Shown here one piece after another: positions 61,661 to 64,000 of a stretch of DNA of 64,000 nucleotides. Origin of the DNA: the human T2T-CHM13v2.0 reference genome, Homo sapiens. Each line of letters starts with the position of its first letter. Position 1 is the first letter of the stretch. The DNA is taken from assembly GCF_009914755.1 (NCBI RefSeq), contig NC_060937.1; one strand, 5' to 3'. The notes under the pieces were generated by a model. The model saw nothing but the letters and a program-made list of their open reading frames with translations. It was not told where the DNA came from and made no database searches. The position numbers and the translations under genes were made by a program.

Positions 61661-61727
61661 CATGGGGTCAATTTTTCATTTCATTCTCTAAGCAGAAGTA
61701 AAGCCTTTTGCAAAAGGGCTTAACTGT

Positions 61728-62091
61728 TGTTATGCTTTGGCTGTGTCGCCACCCAGGTCTCAACTTGAGTTGTAGTTTCCATAATCCCCACATGTCGTGA
61801 GAGGGACCCAGTGGGAGGTAACTAAATCATGGTGGTGGGTTTTTCCCTTGCTGTTCTAGTGACAGTGAATAAGTCTCACAAGAATTGACGGTTTTATAAA
61901 AGGGCAGTTCCCCTGCACACACTCTCTTGCCTGCTGCCATGTAAGATGTGTCTTTGCTCCTTTTTCGCCTTCTGCAATGATTTTGAGGTTTCCACAGCCA
62001 TGTGAAACTGTGTGTCTAGTAAACCTTTTTTCTTTATAAATTAGCCAGTCTCGGTATGTCTTTATTAGCAGCATGAGAACAGGCTAATGCA
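61728..62091 (+). mobile_element. THE1B solo LTR
   Basis: Colinear with the THE1B consensus end to end. 5-bp TSD actgt/acttt. Confidence 0.92.
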
Positions 62092-62231
62092 ACTTTCTTC
62101 CTCTGTATGTTAGCCTCAGATAATCTATACGCACACACACCCTCCCTTATCCTCAAAGATAGTCTTCATTAAAGAAACTAAACTTGTAGCATCGCCTCAG
62201 AAGTTTTCATAATCAGTAATGACATGTTTTT

Positions 62232-62630
62232 GGTAGACTGTTACATTAACAGTTTTCATGTATAGTCCTTACCCACATTGATTCTGAGCCGGAGCATATG
62301 ACTTGTTTCAATCAATGAGCTATTACAATCGTGATACAAGCAGAGACTTAAAGTGCCTGTGCATTTGGCCTTGCTTTCTCTTGCTTTTGGGAACCCTTTT
62401 GTCTTGGTGTGGAAAATTAAAAAACAAACAAACAAAGAAAAACAAACAAAAAAAACAACCAGGGCTAGTATATTAAAGGGTAACAAAGGATATGGAGAGA
62501 GAGGTCCCAGACATCTCCTCCATCCTAGCTGAGGTCCAAATGTATGATTGAGCACAGTGAAACCCAGCCTAAATTGCTGATCCACAGAATCATGAGAAAA
62601 TAAATGATTGTTTCAAGCTGCTAAGTTAAA
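62232..62630 (+). mobile_element. MLT1H-type MaLR LTR
   Basis: 'gtgatacaagcagagacttaaagtgc' and 'aaattgctgatccacagaatcatgag'. Confidence 0.75.
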
Positions 62631-63653
62631 CATTACTTTAAACTAGAGTAGATCAGACCAGACACTATGTGATAGAAGCAATATGTGATACACACAAGGG
62701 GATTTCTTTTTCATTCACCCAATATTTTAGGGTGTTTATACTTTGTGGGGTGCCAGGAAGTGGTAGTCGAAAATACTTTGCAATCATGAGACTAAAATAC
62801 TTCAGATTTCCTTGCTCAGTCTATAGAGATATTGATTTAAGACATTGCTAAATGAGAAGTCAATTATGGCTTTCCTGCTTCTCAGATATTTTGTTAGCTT
62901 TGGTGACCCCCCAAGATGTACATCTTAGGAGAAGCCACAGTCCTCTACACCATTTTGAAAATTGCATATAGTTCATATTTTTTCTTCATTCTTTCCTGCC
63001 TTGAGGACCATCCCGTTGCCCATTGTGCCAACTTAGCTTGACTCTATCTAAATGCAAAAAGCAGTCCCTTATTTTTCTCCTGCACAAGTTCACATACTAC
63101 AGTCATTTCTTGATTTTTAATAACTGTAGTAAAGATCTGGGGTAGTTGGGAAGGATTATATTTAGGAGCAGAGTGTCTTTAAGCAGTTAGGTTGGTTCCA
63201 ATGCCTCATTGAACTTTTCTCTTTCTTCCCATTCTTCCCTTCTTTCTTCCTGGTAAATGTCAAATATCTTTTACTGTAATCCCCAAGATCTAATTTTTCA
63301 TTGACAATCACATATACTATTACCTTAAACAAGAAACTGATGATTGTTATTGTAAAACATTTTCTCACTTGTTTCATAAGCCCATATACTAGTTTGAAAC
63401 TATTCTTATCAGCCAAGGTAGAAATAGCTTTAGCTAGAGCAAGTCATTTAACAAAACAAAATGAATAGACAGACTAGAGATGAAATAAGGGCAAGAATCC
63501 CAAGGGCCAAAGTCATTGCTACTCAAAGTAAGAAAAATGGGAATAACTGCAAGATACTTGTTTTTCTCCCTCCGAGACGGGAGCCAATTAAGTGCATTGG
63601 CAGTGGGTTTTTGTTAGAGAGGAATAATTTAAAATTTGGCCTACTTGGGAGTC

Positions 63654-63928
63654 TTTTTTTTTTTTTTTTTTGAAGGAGTTTCTCTCTGTCTCCAGACCAG
63701 AGTGCAGTGGCGTGATCTCTGTTCGCTGCAATCTCCACCTCTCAGGTTCAAGCGATTCTCCTGCCTCAGCCCCGCGAGTAGCTGAGACTACAGGCGTGTG
63801 CCACCACGCCCAGCTAATTTTTGTATTTTTAGTAGAGATGGCATTTCACCATGTTGATCAGGATGGTCTCGATTTCTTGACCTCGTGATCCGCCTGCCTC
63901 GGCCTCCCAAAGTGCTTGGATTACAGGC
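63654..63928 (-). mobile_element. AluSc, missing ~20 nt at the 5' end
   Basis: 'ggatggtctcgatttcttgacctcgtgatcc'. TSD gggagtctttt (63647-57, 63929-39). Confidence 0.93.
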
Positions 63929-64000
63929 GGGAGTCTTTTATAAAGTCTATTCTTCTGATTCATTTGTGACAATCCTTAATTATTCTATGTGTTTTCATTG

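Noticed and set aside
61701-61721. Palindrome ccttttgcaaaagg
   Set aside because: Short and built from A/T runs; expected by chance at this composition.

Overview
AT-rich primate (very likely human) non-coding genomic DNA. I see no supportable protein-coding gene, RNA gene, CpG island or CRISPR array. The ORF track is almost entirely repeat-derived or chance (Alu, L1, LTR, microsatellite frames). The window is a layered record of transposable elements: about 14 Alu/FLAM copies; young L1PA inserts (5'-truncated L1PA3-like with a 20-bp TSD, an internally deleted L1PA6-like copy retaining its 5'UTR and an antisense ORF0, an ultra-short L1PA2-like stub); old L1M, L2, MIR and L3; MaLR LTRs including a near-complete MLT1G-like provirus; two ERV1 LTR1/27/28-type solo LTRs; a collapsed ERVL provirus; and hAT/mariner MITEs. 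Subfamily names come from recalled consensus sequences and need RepeatMasker/Dfam confirmation. The most notable observations are a ~1.4-kb decayed R4/Dong-clade reverse-transcriptase fossil, the deleted L1 with ORF0, an LTR inserted into the YxDD codons of an older ERVL RT, a frame-preserving candidate cassette exon, a perfect IR1 nuclear-receptor element, homeobox-dense enhancer-like stretches, and a three-armed palindrome. I found no convincing evidence of a new biological system. The findings are hypotheses to check.
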